Source of the DNA: Octopus vulgaris | Taxonomy: Eukaryota | Assembly: GCA_951406725.2 (NCBI GenBank) | Contig: OX597814.1 | Location: 40,610,001 to 40,674,000 of the forward strand | Length of the DNA: 64,000 bases | Direction: 5' to 3' | Part shown: piece after piece, positions 39,081 to 52,063 of the stretch | How positions within the stretch are numbered: the stretch's first letter is position 1 | How the letters are laid out: the number at the start of each line of letters is the position of its first letter | The notes under the pieces: generated by a model | Told to the model about the DNA's origin: nothing | The model's input: only the letters and a program-made list of their open reading frames with translations | Databases searched by the model: none | Program-made: the position numbers and the translations under genes

Positions 39081-40134
39081 CCAATGAAGTGAACTCGGAA
39101 GGTATTTATTGAGAGAAGTAGGTTCTCTATGATCCGAAGTGGTTAGCCAGAACGTAGATTATAGCATAGTAGTAATAATGTCGCTACCTGGATTCCAAAT
39201 CCATATTCCTTCACGTTAAACACACACACACACACATATATATATATATGCATATATACATTCCTATAGGTTTAGACAGAGAGTGAAAGAGAGAGAGGGA
39301 GAGAGGGGGTGAGAATTACATATGTAAATATGTATATATTCTGATATAGCGTATTGTTTGTTTCATAAGTCAATTGTGCAAAAATAAATTCATATTCCTA
39401 TACATTTTGTTTTGCATGTACATTTTCTCCTCAACTTTAATTAATGCTTATTTCGAAATAGTTGTTTCCTCGAGCTGGTGTCATTAATTTTCTACAGTTA
39501 ATTATTTTTATTTCATTTTGTTTTGCATCTGTTACATGCAACTTAATAACATTCCTCCTTTAAATGTTAATTATAATGCGTTTTTAATGTGTATCGTTAA
39601 TTTAAGTTGTTATCTTGGATTAGAAGTACGAGCTTCAAAATGAGTCCTAACGTGTTTTATGTGATCTGGCTTGTGACATTTACTGGTGCTAATAAACTTA
39701 AATATTTATATTTTATCATGCTAATCAATTAGCGATATGCCGCGTCAGTGTTAATTATTGTAATAGTAGCTAAATTAAAAAAAAAAATGATTACTAATTT
39801 CATCATTATTCTCTGACTAGAAAATGTTTAATAATGTTCTGGAGCGCACAATATATTTGCCAGGAGAAATACATTTATAGCAGACCATGCAGCATGGTTT
39901 TCTCATATAGAATGGAATGTAAGTTGCTTCAAGTGAATGAGAATTTATTGATGCGTAGAAGTTATTGCTACATTATCTGTCGCAAACGGGGGGTAGTGAA
40001 TATCTAAACAGCGAAATACTCACAAACAAGATATTTGCAACTGGAGGACTAACGTTTTCTTACCGAAACATTGACATATAACAAACATTATGTTCAAATT
40101 TAATGTTTCTTTCAATATATTGCGTTCTTTAATG

Positions 40135-40312
40135 CAGCGACATGGCAGAATAATTAGCAGGCCGCAGAAAATATTTAGCGACATTTCGTCCATCTTTACG
40201 GTCTAATACCAGATTCCCACGCGGTCGACTTTATATTCAATTCTTTTAGGGTCGGTGATGTAAGTACTATTTGAACTCTGGAGTCGAGTTCCACTCAAAT
40301 TGCAGGCTTTGA
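40135..40312 (+). mobile_element. SINE, decayed
   Basis: TTAGCGACATTTCGTCCATCTTTACG...GGTCGACTTT...GGGGTCG. Confidence 0.65.
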
Positions 40313-40471
40313 ATACATAATCGATTTAGAAGGACTGTTTCCTTTTAGATTCTTCTTGTGTTTAAGTTTTTTTCCAAATTAGCATCATGAACTCTCTTAA
40401 TCTACTTTTTAAAAATCTAAATAGAAATGTATCGTATCATTGTAATCAATGCGCTCGTTGTTATTCCCCAT

Positions 40472-40514
<43 letters not shown>

Positions 40515-42044
40515 ATGTATCCTTATATGTTAAGACAAATGTCATAATTTGTGCTGAATATATCTCAGGTTGTTAATCATCGAAGTCATAGAATATGCAG
40601 TTGCTTTCTTTCTCGTTTGTTTTGTTTTCTTTCAAGTCTTGCCATATCTTAACCCAGAGTAATATTTTCATTGAGGTGAATATCGTAATGACAAAAATAT
40701 TGTTTCCCCATTTATATCAGTTTAAAATCTTCTTTGACAGAGCGGTATGTAAAAACATGGATATGAGATTGTTTATGTTCTCTCGAGACTAACCTTGCAT
40801 GACCAAATTATACCGGAAATAATGTAGCAATTACATTGTTTAGCTTTAAAAGTTTTTTTTTTTTTATGTATTTTAAGAAATATTTTATTTTTATATTGCA
40901 CTTTTATTACATACAATTATTTTCTGACCCTCTGGCTCATATTCTACATTATTTTTTAAAATGCATTTAAACTTAACAAGATCTGATATTCGAGTGATGA
41001 AATTTGTGTGGAGATGTATAAATGCATTACATGTAGAATACTTTGTATTACATATAAAATATTTTTTTATTACAAAGATTTAATAAAAACATAAGCTAAA
41101 CATTTCATACATGAAACATGGTTAAAAAAAAAGAGAAAATTGACATCGGATTTGGAGTTATTGCTTTACGATATTTCACCTTTCTCTGACGTTTATGCTG
41201 TGTATGAGGTAATAAAAATATAACGCCCTCTCTTTCAAACACAAATACACACGTTTTCTCTATTATATATGAGATAGCACCGTTAATTAAATGTTTCCGA
41301 AGTTTTTAAGTTGCCAACATTGCCTGGTTTATAAAAACCTGGAATAATTACACGCGCATGAATTCATTATACATTTTTTGGCACGGTTTCTTTTATTATC
41401 ACCATTATTTTTGCCTTTGCTTTGCTCTGGTGCCGTTTCTCATTTCTCAGGTTGTTTTCCTTGTGTATTACATGTCGTTTCAAACTTACTGTTCTTGTTC
41501 CTCTACCCAGAGAAGTTGTAGCAGTGATAATATTATTAAACATGAACCTGTTACAAGGCGAAATCACTATTTATAAAAAAATATATAACGTGAGTTTTGT
41601 TTGGCAACTATAAATTCTCTCTCCAAATCAACTTCTGTTTATTCCTCTTTTTTCATGATTTATGAAAGCTAAAACATATGTTAAAGTCATATCGTCCTTG
41701 GAAAATAAATTTCGGAATTCTTTTAATTCTGACGCAAGAAATATGCGCAGCGCAAGATACAACCATTATAACTGTTCGATCTTCAAGGACAGGTTGATTA
41801 AAGTTGTAAAGCAAACGACGATACACAACCGGTGGCTAAACACATGCCTGGGTCATGAGCATTTGTATTTGTTATTATTTTTTCCTTCTTTCTTCTCCAA
41901 TCCTGCCTTAATACCGTTCCCATATGCTGTTCATATTTGCACTCGATCTGCTAAGGAGGTTGTTGTGTCTGTCCTAGCATGTGGCTTCTTTCAGTTGTCT
42001 TATCTTCCAGTGTTGTTCTCTTTCTAATATTTTAACTTCACCTT

Positions 42045-42262
42045 GAGCTACTAACCGCAAGATACCGAGTTTGGTTGCAGTCAGTGACCTTAAAAGTAAT
42101 AATAACGTCACTAAGGAAAATACCTTAGGAATGAGAATCCAGATTCGAAATTTCCCCAAGGCACCTGATGAAGGCTGGAGGGTGTATCAGCCGAAACGCT
42201 GTGTTAGCAACAAACAAGATGAGGACAAATATCCGTCAATTGTAAATAATGTAAATAATGTA
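42045..42262 (+). mobile_element. tRNA/HHR SINE with partial head
   Basis: GAGCTACTAACC...GAGTTTGGTTGCAG matches the 17945-17990 head; the tail matches 18048-18179. Confidence 0.8.
42160..42205 (+). ncRNA. Minimal type-I hammerhead motif
   Basis: GGCAC-CTGATGA-A-GGCTG-GAGGGTGTAT-CAGCC-GAAA-CGCT-GTGTT. Sister copies have CGTT, giving the palindrome AACGTT in place of stem III. Confidence 0.7.
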
Positions 42263-43848
42263 GAGTTATTGTGGAAATGTAGCGACGACTTTCTTGAGGA
42301 GACTTTAGGCGTCGATGAATTTCAACTCGCTAGTCTGTTCTGGAGGATTTTCTGGCCGGGGCCTACGTAGAAAGTCTAGAAATCCTTGGCATGGCAGTGC
42401 TACAGGTGTCTTTGCCTCTTCGAGATAAACTCTAGTGGCATGGAAATGCCGTCAGTTAGACCTGCAGAGCGATGACACCGTTCGGTACCCACTCGTCCAG
42501 TGCCCGAGCATATCTGATATATAGGTTTATTGGTCCTGATGTATTTTGCGATTGCGGTGCCACTCGAATTTACAGAACCTTTAAACAGATATTTTTATTT
42601 TGTTTAACATACTCTAATTTACATTTTGATATTGGTTTTGTTGTCATCTTCTTTATTTCTTGTCCTTTTTTTTCGTTTTGTTGCTAAGGTGTTTCTTTTT
42701 CTTTCGGACAGCACTAGTGACAGTTGCTTTGGTAGTAACATCAGAATATAATGGAATTCCATACGTTGAACTGCGAGACAGATGATAGAGATTGTTCAAC
42801 ACAAACGTTTTGACAAAAAGAAGTGTAAATATTTCCACTTCTGTATGTATATAAGAAATATCAGATTTACGCCATTCGTCCATTTAACACTTCCTACTAT
42901 AAAACGTATGAATAGAAATTGAATCGTTGTCCTAACAAAATTCATTCTGTCGAATACAGTGAAACATTCTTAGGAGATGGAGACCTCACTCAATGACTAG
43001 CTATATAAATTATAACCACTCAATGACCAGGTACATAAATTATAACCTTCACGCCCGATATTTAACACATTTTTTCATGGTATAAAGGGAGTAGTGTCAC
43101 AATTTCTAATCGTATATCAGTGTCCTTTATGATGCATTATGCATTCTGAAGAGCGCCTAGAGACGAAAACATTTACGATGATTTGTGAATACTTCAGAAC
43201 CATGGGCAAAACGAAGATATTTAGTAATACATATTGTCTTTCCAAAAATACCCTAGATGAGTAATATATAAATACTGCCATTCATACAGTTTTCTTTTAG
43301 ATATTACCATTATTGTACTAATTAGCTTCCAACTGGCAAAATGTTTTTGTGCTTGACAAGAATATAATTTCTCCACTTACGCATAGCCAAATGTTTGTGA
43401 ATGCTTGAATTTTACAAAAAGCGAAAACATTTGTGTTATACAATTGGTTTTCTTCCTGCGTTCCTGAAATATATATTTGTAGATGATGTAACCTCAGCAT
43501 ATGCAATAGTAACAATGTACGACAATTAATGTTAGTGAAATAAAAATCTGTATGTGCAGTTGCAAAAACATAAATTCATTTTTTATTCTACATATATTTA
43601 CAAACCGAACGAGATTGGATTTCATGATGTACAATCTATTACTTCTCTAACTGCAATTCCAAGAATATGTTCTGGTCAACGTTCTGACACTAGCTGTATT
43701 TGGCCAAAACTTTATATACCACCATGAACATAAGAGTCTATGAATCATGACCAACCATCTACATAACCGAACAGTTTTGTTTTAACCATATGAGTGCTTG
43801 GATATATGAATAACTTAGAAAGGTTTTGGCCAGTGTTGGCCCAGGCCA

Positions 43849-43940
43849 TGTCTAACTTAATAGCATCAGCTGGCTGTCTAACTTAATAGCACCACCTGGC
43901 GCTATATTAATAGCACAACCTATGCTTCTACATTTAATAG
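43849..43940 (+). repeat. ~26-bp degenerate tandem repeat, 3-4 units
   Basis: TGTCTAACTTAATAGCATCAGCTGGC repeated with decay. Confidence 0.8.
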
Positions 43941-44226
43941 TCTCTGGGGTAGAATATATTGCAATGAGATTACAGGTATACCGAACAGCACAACTTTTTT
44001 TTTAAATTTTAGTTTACTTTAAATAAATATAGTATTTGTACAAAAATTATAGATGGCGCTTTGGAAAAAGATACCTTTATTAATAATTTGTTACATATTA
44101 GATGGATACACTTTTACTTGGAAGATGTCCTAGTTCTAAATATTTTGTACATTCAAGGTTGAGCATTATTCCATTCAGGAAATATATATACGCTGAAGTA
44201 GATGAGATGTGGAACATTATCCTGCA

Positions 44227-44296
<70 letters not shown>

Positions 44297-44299
<3 letters not shown>

Positions 44300-44425
44300 C
44301 GACGAATTCTTTCAGTTTCCGTCTACCAAATCCACTCACAAGATTTTGGTTCGTCCGAGGCTATAGAAGAAGTCACTTGCCCAAGACGCCACGCAGTGAG
44401 AGTGAAACCGGAACCATGTTGTTGT
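44297..44425 (-). mobile_element. tRNA-derived SINE fragment
   Basis: CTTTCAGTTTCCGTCTACCAAATCCACTCACAAG...CACTTGCCCAAG...CCGGAACCATG. Confidence 0.75.
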
Positions 44426-45009
44426 TAAAGAAGGTACTTTATTTAAAAGATTTTGCCATAAAGGCATGACACAGAGTAGCTTGTGGGCTGGATAAAGACA
44501 TTGATGAAGTGAATGATGAAAACGGATGATATTAGTGGGAGAAGACAAAATACGCCCGCCGATCTTTTGCTCTAAAACATTATTCACTTCTATTTTCACA
44601 GAAAAAGTGAAAACAAGATAATGAACCTCTTACTTCAGTTTTACAATTTTTGGACGAAGTCCTCTTAAGCACAATAACATGCAATAAACATTAAACATTA
44701 TTCAATAAACATTATAACACTGTGCCTTTTCAACCTCTTGTCACTAATCCTCCTCAACATCGCTTGTGCCCGTATACTCACCCACCACCAACGCCTCATT
44801 CAAGACCAAGGCGAGATCCGAGCCGGCGTCGCCCGGGCACAAGCGATATACCTCATTGAGCCTATATCTCACTGACAATGATATGACCCCCACAGCTATA
44901 TGCGAAGGCCATTCGGGACCCTGTGTGAAGGTTAAAGTTACTCACTTATGGTGATTTTGCACCAACACTACTACCTCTTCGATTATTAGAACCTGGAATG
45001 CTCCACTTG

Positions 45010-46080
45010 AATTATAACTTTCCAATTATTGGTAAAAGTAATTGTAAAAATACACACAATTTACAAACAGCGAATAGCTTCTGGTGCCAGAATACTTCAC
45101 GAAACTATACTTCTCACAATGAGAAAAACATTTCACTTCATGTGAACATTTGAAATACAGCCTTCCAATAAATGGTAAATGTTGTTGTAAAAACATACAC
45201 TATTAAAAAGTGAACAACGTTTTGTTGACGGATACACCCCCCAAACTGTACTTCTCACAATGAGAAAGACATTTCACTTCATGTGAACATTTGAAATACA
45301 GCCTTCCAATAAATGGCAAATGTTGTTGTAAAAACATACACTATTAAAAGGTGAACAACGTTTTGTTGACGGATACACTCCCCAAACTGTACTTCTCACA
45401 ATGAGAAAAATATTTCCCTTAATGCGAATAATATTGCTGAACCTCAAGCAGTATAACATCCTGAATCCAGGCAGGACTCATTGTTTGTAAAAAATATAAC
45501 CACAGACAACAACCCCCACTGGACCCAAGAGACAAAAATCCTACCTTGCAGTAGCTTCTTTTTTGCAGGCTAAACAATGCCGGCTATCCTTTTCAGTGCA
45601 CAACACAATGACACATGCACACACTGATAACAAAAACTCATGGGAAGTCTCAGAGACTCATGGTTTGGTACACAACTTATTTACCACGCAAAACTTTTAT
45701 ATCTACATTCGTTGAATCTCAAATTTCAAGAATACAAGCATTGTAAAATGAATTATAAACAGTAAAGGCAATAAATTTTCATTCCTTGAAGCCATCTTAA
45801 ATTCCGTATAAAAAATATTGAGAAAACATAAAATCTCAACCTTTTGTTACGGTTTTAATTAATAGCTATTACATTTAAGAACATAAGATTTCATTGAATA
45901 AAACACCGAGAATGCAAGATTATAAGGTAAATAGCAACCAATCTGGATAATCACTTTCAGGATTGAACCAAGGCAGAAGTCGAAAATCTTACAAAAGCAT
46001 TTCTAAATCATTGAGGTTTTTTTATGTAATTTAAAGACATCAGTGCAAAACTATTAATTCAGTCACCATCTGAATTTTAA
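45010..46080 (+). pseudogene. Highly decayed hAT (Buster/Charlie-like) transposase
   Basis: TNSE*LLV, KVNNVFVDGYTP and LHSLNLKFQ occur in the order expected for AQLLVFVRY, CTDGAPAM and LNELNLKLQG. Confidence 0.4.
45103..45418 (+). repeat. 141-bp tandem duplication, ~2.2 units
   Basis: ACTTCTCACAATGAGAA recurs at 45109, 45250 and 45391; units are nearly identical. Confidence 0.95.
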
Positions 46081-46930
46081 AGTATGTTAATCACACAATA
46101 ATGGTTTTACTTATATATATATATATATTTTCTAAGAACAGAAAATTATCTGACAAGTAGCTCCTGTATGCGCGCAGAATATGTAAAGTGAAATAAATGC
46201 GGCCGAGAAAAATCACATTAAACAGCCAAAGATTAATTCAAATAGCAGCATGAACGCTCGCAAAATATTATTTCTTGGGAATGCACCGTCATACTAGCCA
46301 TGACAAATTTACACCATCTGAAACATTAAATGCTTCAAAGATATATACAATAACACCTTAGACTTTTCACAATAACGCGAGATTTCATTTGGTACTGCTA
46401 CTATTATTATCATTCCTCGATTAGGAAGAAACGGAAAAAAGGAAAAACCGAAAGAGAAACCGATATCATTAACAGAATCATCTTTCAATACGTTTCATTC
46501 ATTTGGGGTTTAGAACATTTGAAGATACATTTACAGAAATGCAGTAGCTTAGAAAAAGCCCACTAATCTATACATACTTGTTCTTAACCACCAACAATCG
46601 CCTAACATTTACGCCATTCCCTTTTACTAATTTCAGTCATTGACTGGGATCATGCGGAAGGATTTAGTCGAATAAATCGATCTCCGTACTTATTTTTTTC
46701 TTTAAACATAGTAGCTATTCTGTAGGTCTCTTTTTCGCGATGGTGGACACAAGCATAACACAGACGACAAATATGAACATATACATACACACAGACACAC
46801 ACAGACATACAGAGACACTCGCACACATGCACACACATACATATAGCAAAACAATTTGCTTGAAGATATTTTCTCCACGCGGGGAGTTGCAGTGAAAAAT
46901 CTCTCTCACTCTCTCTATCTCTCTCTCTCA

Positions 46931-47005
<75 letters not shown>

Positions 47006-47299
47006 TACATAAAACAGAGCATAGGAATCGAAAACGCTAATCACTACTGGCAATCAAACAGATTCCAGAACCCATACATAAAACTATTCAATCAATTTCG
47101 TTGAATCATATGTATTTATATGCACCAACGCAAAGCAATTTCAAAGTAAAAAGAATAAAACTAAACATACATAGACATATAGAAGATATATAAAAATATA
47201 TAAAACAGTACATATAAATAAATATTATATATAAAGAGTTATGTGTGATAAATATAGGAGGTCCAAAACGAATGAGGGATTGATCAATATAGGAATACA

Positions 47300-48700
47300 A
47301 ATGTCAACTTTCAAAATGGCAAAAAGTCTAAATCGTCTAAAAATTCCTTATACCTCTAGGATATATGATATCATGGTGAAGAAAAAATATAAATAAAATA
47401 GGATCAAAACTTGGAGGGTGTTCCATCAACCACCGTTTCAGAGGTATCTTAAGTATTCCATATATGCATCAGGATGATGACCTCCTTGGTGGTTGCCATC
47501 GTATTAATATATATATTGATATTTTCCTTGATATCTTGCTTCATTTCGATCGTATATCCAAGGTGTATAAGACATTTTTAGACGAACTAAGGTTTATTTT
47601 TCAGCATATTGTCATAGATTTTTTTTTCCTTTGCCCACATTTAGATTTGTTTATAATTTTCTCCTTAAAAGGCATTTTAATATGCTGGTCACTGATAAAA
47701 TTGTTCGGACAATTTCATCCTTATACTAGAAGTTAATTAAGTAATTAATATAATTAGCATGATAAAATTCCTCCAGTGACCTTCTGTCTTTCGATTCCAT
47801 TAAAATGGATGATTTTATTCCTCTGACATCGTAACAGTACATTGATATTATTTACATGAAATTGTTTCCACTAATGTAGATATATTTCAAGGTAGCATAA
47901 TTTCTGTGTAATGGATATGATGTAGCGTGGTGTAGTTGCATAAGAATCTCTTCACGCAATTTGGGATCAAATGTAAATAAGTGTGATACTAATAGCGTTC
48001 AAGAAATTCTTGCCTTATATTCAATGATGTTGCAGGTAATGTAAAGCAAACATAGAAATGCCTTTGTGTCAATTCCAAATAAATACTTGTAAATCTTTTA
48101 TCTGTTTTTATCGCTCGTTCCAACGAAAGGATCTGCCAATATTGCATACTTAAACATATCTAATTGAACAGAGAATTATGTATTTTGAACGTTGAGACAA
48201 TTAAATATCACTCAATGAATTCATTCATATATCTATGCTCAGCAAATGTTTTAGCTATTATAGAGCTTAACGTGGATCAATATGGAAAATGCCCCTAATC
48301 TTACATTTTCAATGGATATTTGAATGCGTAAGCAACTGAAAGGGGAGGTGGCATACCTCCATTTGCTTCCTAAATGGAAAATATGGAATATTCTTCGGGT
48401 GATGATATCGCTCACTGTATTATTCTAGTAGGGAACATATTTTTCTGTACCCTCAGAACGTTTGTCAAAAGAATACTTATTAAATAGTTTTTTATCCAGT
48501 AGCATATATAATAGTTTGACAAGTGTTGAGAATGTAATCTATGTCATGTCATACAACTTCCTGAATTACGCAAAGGATGTAAAGAATATATAAAGATAGA
48601 TTTTATCGAAATTGATTTTTCGATGCTCTGAGGTTAGGTTAAATGTTTTGTGAAATAAGGTTGTCATATTTCCAATAAGAAATATAATTTTCAAGAATAT
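47300..48700 (-). pseudogene. Highly decayed PLE (linker and GIY-YIG remnants)
   Basis: Minus-strand fragments KCGQRK...TIC, TTKEVII and IYGILKIPLKRWLMEH near 47410-47660. Extent is uncertain. Confidence 0.4.
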
Positions 48701-49709
48701 GCTTTTTGCTTAGGCAAAATGAAAGAAGTCATTATGGCATTTAAAGGATGAAAAATGTTTTAAATGTAACAATATACCCTCCCTTGGGGAGATGCGTAGG
48801 CAATAAATGAAATATATATTTACCTGTCAGGTTACAGGCATTAGTGTTCTAAAAAATGGGCGACAAATAATTCATGTTGAAAGAAAAAACTTCAATGAAA
48901 GAGGATACACACTACCCATATTTGCTCAAAAAAAAACACGCACTTAGAAATACACACATGTATATATAAATGAATAAATATATAGAGAGATTGATATAAT
49001 GTATGTATGTATTTATGAGTATGTGTGAGACCCAGCATTGCTGAAGAATATTGACTGAAACGAGTAAAAGTTATAGCATATGTATATAACCTCCTACCCT
49101 AAATTTATGAGTGTGTCTGAGTGTGCGTGTTTGTATATGTGTGTGTGCGCGCACTTGTGTTTATGTATATGGAAACATATTTTATGCGTAAGACACGGTG
49201 CTTGTCGATGCCACAAACTTAATGGATATCAAACTGGTACTCTTCCATACATGAATAACTACTAAACTAGAAATTAGTTAACACGATCACGAATATACCG
49301 CTGAACTAAGACTCGAAGTATTTTGGGTGCCTGATTGGAAGCAACTCATCTAATTCATATAATTGCGCATCAAAATATTTCGACACACATTCATACACAC
49401 AAAACATATATTTATAAAGTTTAGATCATTGCAAATACATCTATTCATTTCAGAAAACAAACATATTGGCTGTTCATAAAGATTTATGATCTTTTGTCCG
49501 CCAGTTTTGCCGAGCATCGATTACTGCGAGGTATAGAAACAAAGCAGGTATTCACCAATATGCAGCAAGAAACTTGGTATAGTTGCTCAGAAGTAAGCAA
49601 GATACCAACAATAAAATTAGATCCAAGAAAAGATAAAAATCATCTACTCAGGTGAGGAATTCAACTATTCCCACCGAGATGAGAGCTTGTAATACTCACA
49701 TATGTGCGT

Positions 49710-49714
<5 letters not shown>

Positions 49715-49766
<52 letters not shown>

Positions 49767-49787
49767 TATATATATATGTATTTGTGG

Positions 49788-49858
<71 letters not shown>

Positions 49859-49960
49859 AATATATATTTCATATATACATGTATATATATATATGTTATT
49901 TATTATATTTATTACATGTTATTTATTATTTATTATATATATATGTATATATATATAACA
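49715..49960. repeat. Degenerate (TA)n microsatellite
   Basis: Directly visible. Confidence 0.9.
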
Positions 49961-50599
49961 CTAAATCTCTCTAACTACATATATGCATGTGTATATATAT
50001 TTGTGCATACATATCACCGTATGTGAATATATGCCAACTCGTAAAAGCGCGCTCATATTTCTTTATATCGCAAAACCCATTTATACATATAACAAACTTA
50101 TGTGAATCACAGGGTCATAGATGCACAAAGATAATTAATACAAGAAATACATTTCTTAATGTTTCGTATTAATGAAAATATTACGAAAATGTATATAATA
50201 ATGAAAAAATTACTTGCGAGTATGATACAGAATAATTAATTATAAATCGAACAAGGATTATTTTGTTTTAACCATTTTCTTTCATCGTGGATCATAGTTT
50301 ATATGTGTTATCTTCTTTACATACATCTGTGTATATAATAACATTTTAAGCAAATTCCTATCATGGAAAGGAACATAGCATTGTTCACATTAAATATCAA
50401 TAAAATGAATCGATTGATGATCGGAAATCCGCATCTATGATACGTAATAATGTCACGATACACTTGGCTGCGCCTATCTATGCATATTATAATATATATG
50501 TGAACTTACACAAGGATTTATCCGGTTAATATACAGTGCTTGTGAAAGCATTTGAATATTAAACAGTAATACATGTATGTATGTATGTATGTGTGAATA

Positions 50600-51780
50600 T
50601 ATTAGTTCAAATACAGAAAACAAAGGACGAACACAGGTGAAGGAAGAACAACCAGGTGATTCAGTTTATCGCTTGGGAAGAATATGAAGAATAGACATTT
50701 GAAGCTCAGGCACCTCGATAGGTGGGGGGAAAGTTCTATCCGCCTACTGTCCCTTATGGATGAGATTCCGTCCAACATGTTGTTTTGCAACCATTTTGCA
50801 GTCTGGGTCTCATCAGGCACATCCATGCACAAAGTTGTGACTCGCCAAAGATCCTGGGTTTAGGCAGTCATGCTGTTATATATCCGTATATGGAAAATAA
50901 TTCTCTATATCTAGGGAAATTACTTGGTTAATCTCGATTACTTCCCTTCTATTACTTCTCAATATATCTTATTAACTCCTGATATATTTCCTAAATTGAT
51001 AAACTTTTTCTCCACAGGTAGTAAATATTATGTCTAACATATTCTTTTAATTCGACTTATTAATAAAACAAATCACAATTTATTAGCTAGTTAAGATTCT
51101 ATATTAATAGAAATAGAGATATATTAATATGAAATAATTACAAAAAATTATATATATCTAGAGGAATGAATTGCTTCATCTTGATTACCATTTCTTTTTT
51201 AATATCTTATTGACTCCTGTTATAGGTGCTAAATTAATAGTCTTTTTCCACAGTTAGTAAATGTTACGTCTAACATTTTCCTTTAATTCAACTCATTAAA
51301 AAATCACCATTTACTAGCTAATTATGATTATATATTAATAGAAATGGATATATATATATATATTTGAATATGAAATGATTTCTATATTTTCTATCCCTCT
51401 GTAAGATACTGGTAATTATTGAAATTCTTTAGGAAATTGTCTACCCCTTACTATATCTATAAATAGAAAAAATTATTTTCCTGCATCCAACCAAAAATAA
51501 AATCCCCCTCCCCACTGACAGATCTAAATAACAAAATAAACCAAAGGATAAAATCTATAGTGAGAGAGTGAATGTGCCACTATCATGTCCTTAAGAATGA
51601 AATCAACCTCTCTGTCTATACCCTCTTTATAATGTTGGCAAATGAAATAGAGATAAGTATGTGCATTGTCCGTTTGATTGGAAAAATCTATAAGTGGCTG
51701 ATGATTGCTCGACATTTTAAAACTGATGTAATACTTACAGTGTTTAATAAAATGAAGTAGCATGAAGCAATTGTACTACT
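50600..51780 (-). mobile_element. Decayed PLE-like region: RT-thumb remnant, ~240-bp diverged tandem duplication and HHR-like motif at 50770-50820
   Basis: NQTDNAHTYLYF resembles KPTDSHxYLHF. 50935-51130 resembles 51180-51350. Minus strand has GTGC-CTGATGA-GACC...GGTT-GCAAAAC-AACATGTT-GGAC. Confidence 0.45.
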
Positions 51781-51889
51781 CTACCTCGGATATACTTGTT
51801 GCTTATTTTGATTAGAGTCACCCCATTTGATTTATACGGATAATACCATACACAATTCTGGTGCTTTGATTTAAGTACCATATTCATGT

Positions 51890-51938
<49 letters not shown>

Positions 51939-51941
<3 letters not shown>

Positions 51942-51998
51942 CTCTATTTCCATAATATCGAGGTCTCGTTCTTTTGTTGTCATCTTTTATTATTATCA

Positions 51999-52002
<4 letters not shown>
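51939..52002 (+). mobile_element. Isolated 64-bp terminal tail embedded in pure (TA)n
   Basis: TTCCTCTATTTCCATAATATCGAGGTCTCGTTCTTTTGTTGTC matches the reverse complement of 7310-7375. Confidence 0.7.

Positions 52003-52063
<61 letters not shown>

Noticed and set aside
42532-42582. GGTC-CTGATG...GAA...GAACC hammerhead-like trace
   Set aside because: Too many core deviations to call from a single copy.
43145-43172. CTGAAGA...CGAAAAC hammerhead-like spacing
   Set aside because: No credible stem II or stem I pairing.
43849-43940. CRISPR-like short repeats
   Set aside because: No unique spacers, eukaryotic context and no cas genes; an ordinary minisatellite.
49030-49075. CTGAAGA...TGAAACGAGTA
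   Set aside because: Better explained as a decayed SINE tail (TGACTGAAACAAGTAAAAG-like); stems do not pair.
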